A stretch of 32,000 nucleotides of DNA from Coprobacillaceae bacterium (GCA_963675515.1 OY776328.1:2100001-2132000), one strand, 5' to 3'. Shown: positions 18,590-28,780, counted from the first letter of the stretch. The notes: a model not told the origin generated them from the sequence alone. A program made the numbers and translations.

Positions 18590-18828
18590 TTTCAGGTAAA
18601 ATGCAAGGTTTTATGAGCGTTAACCGATGAAAAAATGGCAATATATCAAGGCTTCGGGGGTTTGAAACACTAAAATATAGTTGTTGTTATAAAAATTTGC
18701 GGGAGCTTAGGATGCAATTGATCATTGAAGACATTTTATATCAAAATTTTTATATTGATATCGTATTTTTTGTATCCGGTTGCTTATTGAAAATGTAAGT
18801 GCTAGCTTATATCTAGGGAGGATATTTT

Positions 18829-21096
18829 ATGGAAATCAAAAAACAAATCAACAGTATTTTAAAAGAAAATTTCAAAGTCAGTATTGAAGAGGCGACCGAC
18901 GAACAGGTATATTTTGCCTTGTTGAATATGACTAAATTGCTTCTGGATGACAAAAAGGTGATTTCAGGAACAAAAAAGGTTTATTATTTTTCGGCGGAGT
19001 TTCTAATTGGTAAATTGCTGTCAAACAATCTGATCAATTTGGATATATACGACCAGGTTGCAAAGATTCTAAAAGAGTCAGGGAAAGAGCTGAGCGCAAT
19101 CGAAGAAATCGAGCTTGAACCATCGCTTGGAAACGGTGGACTTGGAAGACTTGCTGCATGTTTCCTTGATTCAATTGCGACGCTTGATCTGCCTGGAGAT
19201 GGAATCGGACTTAACTATCACTTGGGACTGTTCCGTCAAAAATTCATCAACAACAAGCAAAAAGAAGTCTCTGATCCGTGGATTGAAGATAACAGTTGGC
19301 TAAATAGAACTAACTGTAAATTTGATGTTGAATTCGGAGATTTCACAGTTCAGTCAACAATGTATGACGTCGATATTGTAGGTTACAAAGGGAACAAAAA
19401 CACGCTTCACTTATTTGATCTTGATAGCGTGGATGATTCACTTGTGACCAGGGGAATTGATTTCGATAAGAGTGATGTGACTGGATGTCTTACGTTGTTC
19501 TTGTATCCTGATGATTCCACAATTGAAGGTCAGTTGTTAAGGATTTATCAGCAATATTTCATGGTATCCTGTGGAGCGCAGTATATTCTGTCTTCATGCA
19601 AGGAAAACGGCTATGATATCAGCCGGCTTGATGAACATGTTGTAATACAAATAAACGATACTCATCCATCTATGGTAATTCCTGAACTGATTAGATTGTT
19701 AATGAAAGAAGGTCTGACTTTCCATCAATCAGTAAAAATCGTAGAAAAAACATGTGCATATACAAATCATACTATATTGAAAGAAGCACTTGAAAAGTGG
19801 CCTTTGGATTATCTGAAAAAAGTTGTCCCGCAGCTTGTACCTATTATCGAGGCTCTTGATGCGATTATCAAAGAAAGAAGTGATAATGAGAGAGTGTGGA
19901 TTATCGACAATGATAACCTGGTCCATATGGCCCATATGGACATCCATTTTGGCTATAGTGTCAACGGAGTTGCAAAATTGCATACCGACATCTTAAAAGA
20001 TGAGGAACTGGTCGATTTTTACAGAATGTATCCGGAAAAATTCAACAACAAGACAAACGGCATCACATTTAGAAGATGGTTGCTTGAGTGTAATCATGAT
20101 TTGTCAAGGTATCTTGAATCTGTAATCGGATCTGAATTTAAAAAAGACGCCACACTTCTTGAAGGTTTGTTGGAATACCAGAATGATAAAATGACACTAG
20201 GCAGACTTAGAGATATAAAAACAGATAAGAAGAGAGATCTTGCTTGCTATTTGAAAGAAAATCAGGCAATCGATATAGATCCAGATTCGATTTTTGATAT
20301 CCAGATCAAGAGAATGCACGAATACAAAAGACAACAGCTTAATGTGCTTTATATAATTTCAAAATATCTGGAAATCAAAGCCGGAAACAAGGTTGAGACC
20401 CCTCTTACTTGCATATTTGCAGCTAAGGCTGCACCTTCATATCAACTGGCCAAAGACATTATTCATCTTATTTTGGTTTTGAGCGAAATTATCAATAATG
20501 ATAAGGATGTATCGCCTTATCTCAAAGTGGTCATGATTGAAAATTACAATGTTACCATCGCTCAAAAATTATTCCCGGCAGCTGATATCTCAGAACAGAT
20601 TTCTCTGGCATCAAAGGAAGCTTCCGGAACAGGCAATATGAAATTCATGCTTAATGGTGCAGTCACTATTGGCACCGATGATGGTGCGAATGTTGAAATT
20701 CACGATCTTGTAGGAGATGATAATATCTATATTTTCGGGGAGTCTTCGGATAATATAATCGAACATTATAAAAAAGAAGATTATAACCCTAAGAAAATTC
20801 TGGAAACAAACCCTGAATTTAAGAACATTGTCGACTTCATTGTCGGTGATGAACTGGCCGCAATCGGTGACATGGAAAGTCTTTACAGAGTATATCGGGA
20901 ACTTAGTACAAGAGACTACTTTATGACGTTGCTAGACTTGAAAGAATACATCGCAACCAAGGATCGGATGCTTCGTGATTATACGGACACCGACTCATGG
21001 TCTAAAAAAATGCTTGCAAATATTGCGAAAGCCGGATATTTCTCTTCGGATCGCACGATAGGACAATACAATGATGAAATATGGAAACTTAAATAA
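18829..21096 (+). CDS. glgP: Alpha-glucan (maltodextrin/glycogen) phosphorylase, GT35
   Basis: The 755-aa ORF has the PLP-site motif [15 protein letters not shown]. The N-terminal [16 protein letters not shown] and the NDTHP motif are also present. A GGGAGG SD is present. Confidence 0.92.
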   Translation: MEIKKQINSILKENFKVSIEEATDEQVYFALLNMTKLLLDDKKVISGTKKVYYFSAEFLIGKLLSNNLINLDIYDQVAKILKESGKELSAIEEIELEPSLGNGGLGRLAACFLDSIATLDLPGDGIGLNYHLGLFRQKFINNKQKEVSDPWIEDNSWLNRTNCKFDVEFGDFTVQSTMYDVDIVGYKGNKNTLHLFDLDSVDDSLVTRGIDFDKSDVTGCLTLFLYPDDSTIEGQLLRIYQQYFMVSCGAQYILSSCKENGYDISRLDEHVVIQINDTHPSMVIPELIRLLMKEGLTFHQSVKIVEKTCAYTNHTILKEALEKWPLDYLKKVVPQLVPIIEALDAIIKERSDNERVWIIDNDNLVHMAHMDIHFGYSVNGVAKLHTDILKDEELVDFYRMYPEKFNNKTNGITFRRWLLECNHDLSRYLESVIGSEFKKDATLLEGLLEYQNDKMTLGRLRDIKTDKKRDLACYLKENQAIDIDPDSIFDIQIKRMHEYKRQQLNVLYIISKYLEIKAGNKVETPLTCIFAAKAAPSYQLAKDIIHLILVLSEIINNDKDVSPYLKVVMIENYNVTIAQKLFPAADISEQISLASKEASGTGNMKFMLNGAVTIGTDDGANVEIHDLVGDDNIYIFGESSDNIIEHYKKEDYNPKKILETNPEFKNIVDFIVGDELAAIGDMESLYRVYRELSTRDYFMTLLDLKEYIATKDRMLRDYTDTDSWSKKMLANIAKAGYFSSDRTIGQYNDEIWKLK

Positions 21097-22552
21097 CAGA
21101 CAAGCAGGAGTACTTATGCCGATATTTTCACTTCCGGGGCGTCATGGCATAGGTGATCTGGGTGAATCGTCATATGAATTCGTGGAATTTTTGAAGGCAT
21201 CCGGATTCAAAATTTGGCAGATTCTGCCATTGAATCCTTCCTCAGATGCCAACTCCCCATACACTCCATACTCGTCATATGCGGGTGATGAAATATACAT
21301 TTCACTTGAGCAACTGGTCAAAGACGGGTTGCTCGACGATGTTGTTGAATTTAACGAAGAAGCGTGCAGTGTTGATTATGAAAAGGTTCGTTCCTTCAAA
21401 GATGCATATTTGAGATTGGCGTTCTCTAGATTCAAATTATTGGATGATGCTAAAATCAAACATGACTTCCACCAGTTCCAAAATGAGGCTTTCTGGTTAG
21501 GTGAATATGCAAGCTTCATGGCAATAAATAGGTTTATGGGACGGGTTCCATGGACAGAGTGGCCTAAAGATGTAAATTCAAACTTGAACATGATAAATTT
21601 ACAGGATGAGAGAACTTATCAGAGATTCATTCAATTTCTATTTTATCGTCAGTTTGATAGGCTTAAAGAGTGGGCACATAGACATGAAGTGTCGATAATG
21701 GGAGATATCCCATTCTATGTGGGTCTTGATTCGGCTGATGTATTTTTCAATCGCGATGAATTCTTGATAAATGAAAGTGATGAAGCTTTATATGTTTCGG
21801 GTGCATCGCCTGATTACTTCACCGATGAAGGCCAGCTTTGGGGACATCCTATATATAATTGGAATCATCTTAGAAAAACCAACTACAGATTTTGGATGGA
21901 CCGGATAAAATGGAACAGCAGAGTGTTTGACATTCTTAGAATCGATCACTTCCGGGCTTTTGACACCTATTGGCAAATTCCTGCAAAAGATAAAACGGCT
22001 CGAAATGGCAAGTGGGTTGAAGGACCGGGTAGCGATTTTTTCAAAGTTGCATATTCGCAAATTCCCAAATTGAATCTTGTAGTCGAGGACTTAGGTGAAT
22101 TGAGACCACAGGTTCATGACTTGCGTGATGAATTCAATATGATGGGGATGCGAATAATCCAGTATGGATTCGGACCAAATGAAGAAAAGGAAAATTATCA
22201 GATTCCTGAGTGGTCTGTCGCTTATACTGGCACTCATGACAATAACCCTCTTGAAGCATGGAAGGATGAACTATCGTTGGATGAGCGATTTTCTATAGAA
22301 GACATCCTCGACAAATTCGGATACCCTGGTGAAAATATGTGTGAAAGAGTCTACTACCGCACTTTTGCATGTGAGGCGATGGTCGCCATTGTCCAAGTTC
22401 AGGATATACTTAAACTATCAAGTGGGACTAGAATCAACTTGCCTGGGACAGTGGGAGAACATAATTGGTCCTGGAAGCTAAAAGACTTTGAAAGTCTGAT
22501 TGGCAAAACTAAATTGACAAGATCTATCTTACAAAAGACAAACAGATTGTAG
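21071..22552 (+). CDS. malQ: 4-alpha-glucanotransferase (amylomaltase, GH77)
   Basis: The 493-aa ORF has [19 protein letters not shown] at the N-terminus and also RIDHFRAF and TGTHDN. It overlaps the glgP end by 26 nt. The start is either 21071 or 21074. Confidence 0.9.
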   Translation: MMKYGNLNNRQAGVLMPIFSLPGRHGIGDLGESSYEFVEFLKASGFKIWQILPLNPSSDANSPYTPYSSYAGDEIYISLEQLVKDGLLDDVVEFNEEACSVDYEKVRSFKDAYLRLAFSRFKLLDDAKIKHDFHQFQNEAFWLGEYASFMAINRFMGRVPWTEWPKDVNSNLNMINLQDERTYQRFIQFLFYRQFDRLKEWAHRHEVSIMGDIPFYVGLDSADVFFNRDEFLINESDEALYVSGASPDYFTDEGQLWGHPIYNWNHLRKTNYRFWMDRIKWNSRVFDILRIDHFRAFDTYWQIPAKDKTARNGKWVEGPGSDFFKVAYSQIPKLNLVVEDLGELRPQVHDLRDEFNMMGMRIIQYGFGPNEEKENYQIPEWSVAYTGTHDNNPLEAWKDELSLDERFSIEDILDKFGYPGENMCERVYYRTFACEAMVAIVQVQDILKLSSGTRINLPGTVGEHNWSWKLKDFESLIGKTKLTRSILQKTNRL

Positions 22553-22583
22553 TTCCAGTTTAATTACAATTCGTATAATAAAG

Positions 22584-22636
22584 AATCTCCAATCCGACAA
22601 GCACGAAACACGCTTCTCTGACTGGAGATTTTTTAT
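22584..22636 (+). terminator. Candidate terminator of glgP-malQ
   Basis: The arm AATCTCCA (22584-22591) pairs with TGGAGATT (22623-22630) and is followed by TTTTAT. The loop is long and may fold internally (AAGC/GCTT). Confidence 0.45.
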
Positions 22637-22662
22637 GGTCTTGCTTCCAACAGAAATAGTTA

Positions 22663-23020
22663 TTCATCGATGAATTTGGCAATGATCACTCATACCATCA
22701 ATGGTTTCTCGATGTAATACATCAAGAACATGCGAGCAGCCTTCCTCTTTTCTCGGGGATTACAACATATGTAAGCTTTTGAGAATTTTCGAAGGCAACG
22801 TGCATCTCCTTCAACTTGGCCAGAGCTTTGTCCATATCCAATTTGGCAGTGCTTTTCGCCACGAAAAGATCTTTGGCGATGGTATCCAGACTAACCGGTG
22901 TCTCTCCAAACAAAAGCACTAGCATCATCCTGTCTTTGAGCAGGGATGGTTGGAAAATAGTTCTCCAGATCATAGAAATGGCGATCCATATAGCCGAGTA
23001 TTTTTGCTTTATGAGCGGGA
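22663..23020 (-). pseudogene. Truncated, frameshifted fragment of a paralogue of the PRD/HTH regulator at 1-1542
   Basis: The nucleotide sequence aligns with 984-1347 of the intact gene in the same orientation. Identical runs reach about 38 nt, for example GCTTTGTCCATATCCAATTTGGCAGTGCTTTTCGCCAC. The encoded piece LLFGETPVSLDTIAKDLFVAKSTAKLDMDKALAKLKEMHVA compares with LLFGEKPVSLDTIAKDLYVAKSTAKLDMDKALATLKDMHVA in the intact gene. The fragment lacks the N-terminal HTH and everything C-terminal. A 5-nt and a 1-nt indel break the frame. Confidence 0.85.
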
Positions 23021-23067
23021 AAATTCCATCACCGCATTTTGATTCCCGGACATTCCGGGCGCAAATG

Positions 23068-23107
23068 AAAATTGCACCGGACTCTGATAAGAGTCCGGTG
23101 CAATTTT
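23068..23107 (-). terminator. Strong hairpin, probable terminator of the pot/pat operon (structurally bidirectional)
   Basis: A perfect 17-bp stem AAAATTGCACCGGACTC-tgataa-GAGTCCGGTGCAATTTT has its T-run partly inside the stem. It lies about 105 nt downstream of the aminotransferase stop. Confidence 0.7.
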
Positions 23108-23211
23108 CATCAATAATAACCACATGAATATATGGGTTGCTGTCAAGACAGCCTGACTGGAAACCAATCTCCCGTTTTGTTCAGTCGTCTTAAATCAGGT
23201 TTCCAGGACTA

Positions 23212-24561
23212 TCAGCTATAGATTTTCGAAGTCTCTTCCAAAGCCAGGTCCATTCTTTCAATAACCTGCTCCATTTGTTCTTCCGTGATTACGGCCGCCG
23301 GTTCGAACCGGATACATTTGCTGTTGACAAGCGTCCCGGCAGTCAGTACACCTCGGGCAAACATGCCTTTGGCAACCTCATAGCCGATGTCACTTTCTTT
23401 GAATTCGACAGCAAGCATCAGTCCGGTCCCACGGACTTCGTCAATAAGGCCAGGGTATTTTCCCGCCAGACGTTCCAATCCCGCTTTCAGGATTTCACCT
23501 TTGCTCTTGCATTGGCCAGGAATGTCATGGTCAAGCATGTATTTGATTGTCGCCAAAGCTGCCGAACAAGCCAAAGGATTTCCTCCGAATGTCGGTGAAC
23601 CGAGCAACCATGGGTTGTCGATAAGCTCCTGGGTCCACATGTTGGGACGACAGATAATACCGGTGATCGGCATGATTCCACCGCCGAATGCTTTTCCATA
23701 ACACATGATATCAGGAACAACATCCTCGGCTCCGCAACGCCACATTGAACCTGTACGTCCCATCCCTGTCTGGATCTCGTCAAAAATCAAGGCAACTCCG
23801 TATTCGTCGCAGATGGCTCTCAATTCCTTGAGATAACCTTTTGGCGGTATTTTGATTCCCGCCTCACCTTGGATCGGTTCGACGATCATGGCAGCCACTT
23901 TTTCTCCTACCGATATCAAGTTCTCGATGGCTTTTCGGGCATCTCGGGCATTTCCGTATTCAACATGCTGAACCTGTTGGACCATCGGTGTATATGGGAT
24001 CCGATAGGTGTTTTTCCCACCAACCGAGATCGCACCCATGCTTTTTCCATGGAATGCTCCGACCGTTGATATGTAGTAACGGCCTCCGGTTGCTATTCTT
24101 GCAAGTTTCAAGGCCATCTCGACTGCTTCGGCACCCCCGTTTGTAAAGAAACAGTATTCCAGGTCACCAGGCGTGATGTCCGCCATGGCTTTGGCAAGAT
24201 AACCCCTCAAAGGATCAAGCAACTCTTGGGAATGCAATGCCTGATGATCGAGTTGGGCTTTGACGATATCGACAATGAAATCATTGCGATGTCCGCATGT
24301 GTAGATTCCAAATCCCCCAAGACAGTCGATAAACTCTTCGCCGTTCAATCCGGTACAGATTGCATCTTTGTCTTTCCACTCAAGTACTGCCGAATTAGTC
24401 GATACCGATTTTCTATATTTCAACCATCCAGGAGACACGTAATTATCAAAGTGGTAAATTGTCTCCCTGGTCATCTCGTCTTTTTGTTCCTGGGTAAGTT
24501 CATCACTTTTGATGTACCCGAGAACTTTTTCCAAATCTTTGCTTACTTCTGTATAATTCAT
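23212..24561 (-). CDS. patA: Putrescine--2-oxoglutarate aminotransferase (class III PLP aminotransferase, PatA/YgjG-like)
   Basis: Long blocks match my memory of E. coli YgjG: GEEFIDCLGGFGI, GHRN, LHSQELLDPLR, ILEPIQGE-type VEPIQGEAG, FDEIQTGMGRTG, FGGNPLACSAALATI. The PLP-Lys context is YGKAFGGG. I prefer the ATG at 24561 (GGAG 6 nt upstream) over the track start at 24591, which would overlap the upstream gene. Confidence 0.85.
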   Translation of the reverse strand: MNYTEVSKDLEKVLGYIKSDELTQEQKDEMTRETIYHFDNYVSPGWLKYRKSVSTNSAVLEWKDKDAICTGLNGEEFIDCLGGFGIYTCGHRNDFIVDIVKAQLDHQALHSQELLDPLRGYLAKAMADITPGDLEYCFFTNGGAEAVEMALKLARIATGGRYYISTVGAFHGKSMGAISVGGKNTYRIPYTPMVQQVQHVEYGNARDARKAIENLISVGEKVAAMIVEPIQGEAGIKIPPKGYLKELRAICDEYGVALIFDEIQTGMGRTGSMWRCGAEDVVPDIMCYGKAFGGGIMPITGIICRPNMWTQELIDNPWLLGSPTFGGNPLACSAALATIKYMLDHDIPGQCKSKGEILKAGLERLAGKYPGLIDEVRGTGLMLAVEFKESDIGYEVAKGMFARGVLTAGTLVNSKCIRFEPAAVITEEQMEQVIERMDLALEETSKIYS

Positions 24562-24571
24562 TTTATTCTCC

Positions 24572-26044
24572 TTAATTCTCATACCAACCAAGATTTTCCT
24601 CGGTAAGGTTTATGTTTATTTGCTTGATTTCCTGATATTCTTCAAGACCCTGGATTCCAAGTTCCCGGCCAATTCCTGACATCTTGTAACCGCCCCAAGG
24701 CGCTTCATTGAATGTCGGATTGTAACAATTGACCCAGGTGATTCCGGCACGGATTTCCCTGACAACCCGCATCGCCTTGGAAATGTTCTTGCAAAAAACC
24801 GCGCCCGCCAGTCCATATGGCGTATCGTTGGCAAGCTCGATGGCTTCTTGTTCCGACTTGAAAGTCTGCACTGTCACAACAGGGCCGAATATTTCTTCCT
24901 TCACGATGGTCATATCGCTGTGGCAATCAGCGAAGACAGTAGGCTCGACGACCAAACCGTTTTCACAGCCATCTTCAAGATGCCGTCTTCCGCCACATAC
25001 AAGCGTAGCTCCTTCGTTTTTCCCTGTTTCGATGTATTTCATGACTTTTTCGAAATCAGGGCGGGATATCAGGCTTCCGATATCCGGGTTGTCAAGAGGA
25101 TTGCCATATTTCATGTTCGAAACCTTGGCTTTCAATTTTTCCAGGAAACTGTCCTTGATTGATTCATGAATTATGATCCGCGAACCAGCTGAGCATACTT
25201 CGCCCTGATTGAAGAATATTCCGATCATAGCCCATTCCACCGCGAAATCCAGATCAACATCATCAAAGATGACATTCGGTGATTTTCCACCAAGTTCCAA
25301 ACCGATTTTTTTGATGTTGGTGGCGGCATTTGCCATAAGCAGTTGCCCCACTTTGGTGCTTCCGGTGAAGGCGATCATGTCGACATCCTTTGATTTGGAC
25401 ATGATCGTACCGACCAGAGCATCCCCTTGAAGCAGATTGCAGCATCCCTTGGGCAGGCCGACTTCGTCGAAAATCTCAAACAATCTGATTGTCGAAAGCG
25501 GCGCCTTGGGAGACGGCTTGAATACCACACTGTTTCCTGCCGCCAAAGCCGGCGCCAGTTTCCATACCGACATGAGCAACGGATAATTCCATGGAGTTAT
25601 CTGGGCCACCACCCCGACCGGTTCATGGATCGTGTAAGTGTGCATCTCCCCAAATCCTTTGTTGACCTGGTAGCTCCCACCACTTGGGACTTTGATGGCC
25701 CCGGCATAATATCTGAAGCAGTTTATCGCATCGGATATGTCACCTTCCGCCTCCCGAAGCGGCTTTCCCGAATCGACACAGTCCAAGTATGCCAGTTCGT
25801 CGGCCAGCTCTTCCATCCTGTCGGCAATCTTCAAAATCAGATTCGAACGATCCTGGTTGTCGAAATCACGCCAGGTCCGGTCGACGTAAAATGATTTTTT
25901 TGCCGCCTGAATTGCGGCCTCCGTCTGGGCCTCAAGTGCCTCGTAACATTTGCCGATCACATTGCCGTCGAAAGGGTTTGTGACCTCGAAAATCTTTGGT
26001 GATTCGGTCCATTCACCGTCGATATACAGTTTTTTTATCTCCAT
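24572..26044 (-). CDS. NAD(P)-dependent aldehyde dehydrogenase, aminobutyraldehyde/betaine-aldehyde dehydrogenase-like (PatD/YdcW-type role inferred)
   Basis: ALDH motifs are present: ELGGKSP, GEVCSAGSR (catalytic Cys) and EEIFGPV. The track ORF begins at 26170, but that stretch overlaps the potD 3' end. MEIKKLYIDGEW begins at the ATG at 26044, with GGAG 7 nt upstream and 4 nt after the potD stop. The specific substrate is inferred from the flanking patA and pot genes. Confidence 0.8.
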   Translation of the reverse strand: MEIKKLYIDGEWTESPKIFEVTNPFDGNVIGKCYEALEAQTEAAIQAAKKSFYVDRTWRDFDNQDRSNLILKIADRMEELADELAYLDCVDSGKPLREAEGDISDAINCFRYYAGAIKVPSGGSYQVNKGFGEMHTYTIHEPVGVVAQITPWNYPLLMSVWKLAPALAAGNSVVFKPSPKAPLSTIRLFEIFDEVGLPKGCCNLLQGDALVGTIMSKSKDVDMIAFTGSTKVGQLLMANAATNIKKIGLELGGKSPNVIFDDVDLDFAVEWAMIGIFFNQGEVCSAGSRIIIHESIKDSFLEKLKAKVSNMKYGNPLDNPDIGSLISRPDFEKVMKYIETGKNEGATLVCGGRRHLEDGCENGLVVEPTVFADCHSDMTIVKEEIFGPVVTVQTFKSEQEAIELANDTPYGLAGAVFCKNISKAMRVVREIRAGITWVNCYNPTFNEAPWGGYKMSGIGRELGIQGLEEYQEIKQININLTEENLGWYEN

Positions 26045-26048
26045 GATG

Positions 26049-27095
26049 CTACTCCTTGAGTGCAGTCCACATTGAGTCATAGGTAGCAAGTGTATCAACG
26101 TCAAGATTTGCCACCGAATGACTGATTGCAACAGCTTCGGCAGGAATGTTTGTTGCCGGATTGTTGGCATAATCTTCGCCCATCAATTCGACAGCTGCAC
26201 CGTTGGGACACATGTATGGGAATTCTTCAAGTACCATTTCCATGTTTTCAGGTTCGCAGATGAAATTCAAGAATTCCATGGCATTGTCATAGTTCTTCGC
26301 CCCTGTAGGAACCGCCCAGTTATCAAGGAAGGCAAATGCCCCTTCTTCAGGATAGACGATTTCAATATTTGGATTTTCGTTCATTGCCAAGGCGATTTCA
26401 GCGTTCCAAACCGCACCAACGGTACAGTCACCGGAAATAAGCGCCGATTTCGGTGAATCGGAATCATAAAGTTTCACATTTTCCTTCAGTTTGAGCAACT
26501 GTTCTTCAATCAACTGCAATTTGTCCGGGTCCGTTTCATTGAAATCATAACCTAACGAAACCGCGGCCATACCGATGATTGCCCGGTAGTCATCAAGAAC
26601 AACCAGGGAACCACCTAAATCGCTGGCAAACAAATCGGCATAAGATGTGATCGTCTTGTCGACTTTCGCAGTATTCACTGCGATGGCCATCAAACCCCCA
26701 AGGTAAGGAATCGTATATTCTCCAGTCGGATCATAGCTAGGATTTAGATATGCCTCATCAATATTTGAGGCATTGGCCACCTTGTCGAAATCGATGGTTT
26801 GGACCAGTCCCTGTTCAATCATCATTTCCGCCATGTAATCTGTCGGTTGGACCAGATCGTAGGTCCCTTCTGTTTCCGATTTTACTTTGGCAAGCATATC
26901 TTCGTTTGACGAATATGTTGTCAGGTTAACTTTAATCCCTGTTTCATCTTCGAACTTGTCCAATACCGATTGGGGAATATATTCCGTCCATGCGTAAATG
27001 TTCACTTCCTCCCCGCTCGAAGTAGAACTTGAACATCCTGTCAATAATCCTGCAACCATAGTGCAACTCAATAATAATTTCAGACTCTTCTTCAT
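26049..27095 (-). CDS. potD: Spermidine/putrescine ABC transporter substrate-binding lipoprotein (PotD-like)
   Basis: The 348-aa ORF has the lipobox LLTGC. It shows the PotD/PotF family pattern (VNIYAWTEYIPQSVLDKFEDETGIKVN...YDLVQPTDY...). Confidence 0.85.
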   Translation of the reverse strand: MKKSLKLLLSCTMVAGLLTGCSSSTSSGEEVNIYAWTEYIPQSVLDKFEDETGIKVNLTTYSSNEDMLAKVKSETEGTYDLVQPTDYMAEMMIEQGLVQTIDFDKVANASNIDEAYLNPSYDPTGEYTIPYLGGLMAIAVNTAKVDKTITSYADLFASDLGGSLVVLDDYRAIIGMAAVSLGYDFNETDPDKLQLIEEQLLKLKENVKLYDSDSPKSALISGDCTVGAVWNAEIALAMNENPNIEIVYPEEGAFAFLDNWAVPTGAKNYDNAMEFLNFICEPENMEMVLEEFPYMCPNGAAVELMGEDYANNPATNIPAEAVAISHSVANLDVDTLATYDSMWTALKE

Positions 27096-27107
27096 GATTT
27101 TTCCCTC

Positions 27108-27911
27108 TTAAAATTTCTTCTTCTTAGATTTTAAAATACCTGACTGACTTACTATCACTACTAAAATTGTTCCCATCAGAATCAATGTCGACAAGGCATT
27201 GATATCCGGAGAAACCCCCGATTTGATCGACTCCATGATTTTCAATGGGAATGTCTTTATCTGACCATTGACAAAGTAGGAGATAATCACATCATCAATT
27301 GATAAGGTGAAGGCCAGAAGGCCCCCCGAATAGATTCCCGGTGCCAGCATCGGCAACGTGATTTCGAAAAATGTTCTAAGACGCCCGGCTCCAAGATCCA
27401 TGCTTGCTTCCTCGACTGAATAGTCATAATTGGCAAGCCGGGTTCTTACATTGAAAATGACAAATGGAACGCAGAATGTCACGTGCGACAGGATCAAGGT
27501 GATCAGTCCACGCGGTATCGATGTATTGGCATAAAGTGTCAACAATGAGATACCCAGAACAATTTCCGGAATCACAACCGGAATGTAAAGCAAGGCCTCG
27601 ATGATATTTTTGCCCTTGAACTTGTAGCGATACATCCCCACAGCACCAAGTGTCCCGATCACCACGGATAGGATTGTGGAAACCAGGGCAATGATCATGG
27701 TGTATTTGAAGGATTCGATTATCTGACTGTTGTCGAACAAATTCAGATACCAATCGAAGGTGAACCCTTTCCATGAAAAGTACGGTTTGGTGGTGTTTGC
27801 GTTAAATGAATTGGTAATGATGACGATGATCGGACAGAAAAGGAACAAATATACCAGGGTACAATTGATGACTTTCAAAAATCCGACAAACTTCCTTTTA
27901 GTATTCTTCAT
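27108..27911 (-). CDS. potC: Spermidine/putrescine ABC transporter permease (PotC-like)
   Basis: The 267-aa product has six TM segments. Its EAA loop is EEASMDLGAGRLRTFFEITLPMLAPG. A GGGAGG SD is present. Confidence 0.85.
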   Translation of the reverse strand: MKNTKRKFVGFLKVINCTLVYLFLFCPIIVIITNSFNANTTKPYFSWKGFTFDWYLNLFDNSQIIESFKYTMIIALVSTILSVVIGTLGAVGMYRYKFKGKNIIEALLYIPVVIPEIVLGISLLTLYANTSIPRGLITLILSHVTFCVPFVIFNVRTRLANYDYSVEEASMDLGAGRLRTFFEITLPMLAPGIYSGGLLAFTLSIDDVIISYFVNGQIKTFPLKIMESIKSGVSPDINALSTLILMGTILVVIVSQSGILKSKKKKF

Positions 27912-27913
27912 CC

Positions 27914-28780
27914 CTAACCTCCCAAATCTTCCATATTGCCACCAAACTTGCGATACAGCTGTACCAAAAGCAATGTGATGATAATCAAGATGATTGACAA
28001 TGCCGCCCCAAGTGGCCAGTTGTTTCCTGATTGGAACTGTCTTTCAATTAAGTTACCGATCATATCGGTATTACCACCCCCCAAAATATCAGACACAAAG
28101 AAATAACCCAAAGTCGGTATGAACACCATGATCGAGCCGGAAAAGATACCCGACATCGAAAGCGGAATGATAATTTCCTTGAGGGTGTTATACCACTTGC
28201 CACCCAGATCACTGCTTGCTTCCAGCAGGGAATTATCGATTTTCCCCAAAGAAGTGTACAATGGCAATATCATGAAAGGGATAAGGCAATACACCATCCC
28301 AAGAATGGTAGTCGCCTGATTGAACAGCAGGTCCAGAGGTTCTTTTATCAATCCAAGGGCGATCAGCCCGTTGTTGATCCATCCGGTAGTTCCCAGCAGC
28401 ATTCGCCATCCATAGATCCTGATCAATGAATTTGTCCAGAAAGGGACAATCACCAACATGTACAAAACGTTCTTGTATTTCGATTTCGTCCGGGAAATTA
28501 TGAAAGAGAACGGAAATGAAATAAGCAGACAGACGACAGTTGTCATCAACGCGATGAACAATGAACGCAGGTATATCTGCAGATAGTTCATATCGAACAA
28601 TCTCTGGTAATTCTTCAGACTGAAATCAAGTACTACATTGTAATACTGATCGATCGAACAAAAACTCATCACCATGATCCCGACCAGCGGAATCGCAATG
28701 AAGAATATCATCCACAAGCTGACTGGGCCAACAGTGGCCATCATCGGCATTATGAACTGTTTGAATTTCAACCTAGACAT
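27914..28780 (-). CDS. potB: Spermidine/putrescine ABC transporter permease (PotB-like)
   Basis: The EAA loop is LEASSDLGGKWYNTLKEIIIPLSMSG. The track start at 28816 is a TTG inside potA. I prefer the ATG at 28780 (MSRLKFKQ), preceded by GGGGTGA and lying just after the potA TGA. Confidence 0.85.
   Translation of the reverse strand: MSRLKFKQFIMPMMATVGPVSLWMIFFIAIPLVGIMVMSFCSIDQYYNVVLDFSLKNYQRLFDMNYLQIYLRSLFIALMTTVVCLLISFPFSFIISRTKSKYKNVLYMLVIVPFWTNSLIRIYGWRMLLGTTGWINNGLIALGLIKEPLDLLFNQATTILGMVYCLIPFMILPLYTSLGKIDNSLLEASSDLGGKWYNTLKEIIIPLSMSGIFSGSIMVFIPTLGYFFVSDILGGGNTDMIGNLIERQFQSGNNWPLGAALSIILIIITLLLVQLYRKFGGNMEDLGG

Larger units (their letters stand above)
16919..18716 (-). mobile_element. 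IS1634-like (IS4 superfamily) insertion sequence, about 1.8 kb
   Basis: The inverted repeats are imperfect and about 37 bp long. The left end is TGCAACCTAAAATCCCGCGTAAATTTATAACAACA (from 16919). The right end, reverse-complemented, is TGCATCCTAAGCTCCCGCAAATTTTTATAACAACA (ending 18716). The match may extend 5-8 bp further out (ATCAA). One transposase ORF lies inside. I could not find a clear target duplication. Confidence 0.7.

Noticed and set aside
16905-18730. Target-site duplication flanking the IS1634-like element.
   Set aside because: The flanks (...GTTCTTATCAAGA and ATTGATCATTGAAGA...) share only loose similarity. I found no exact direct repeat for either candidate boundary.
26045-26170. 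N-terminal extension of the aldehyde dehydrogenase ORF as listed in the track (MPTIRQQTFL...).
   Set aside because: The extension overlaps the 3' end of potD in another frame and has no SD. The conserved ALDH N-terminus MEIKKLYIDGEW begins at 26044 with GGAG 7 nt upstream.
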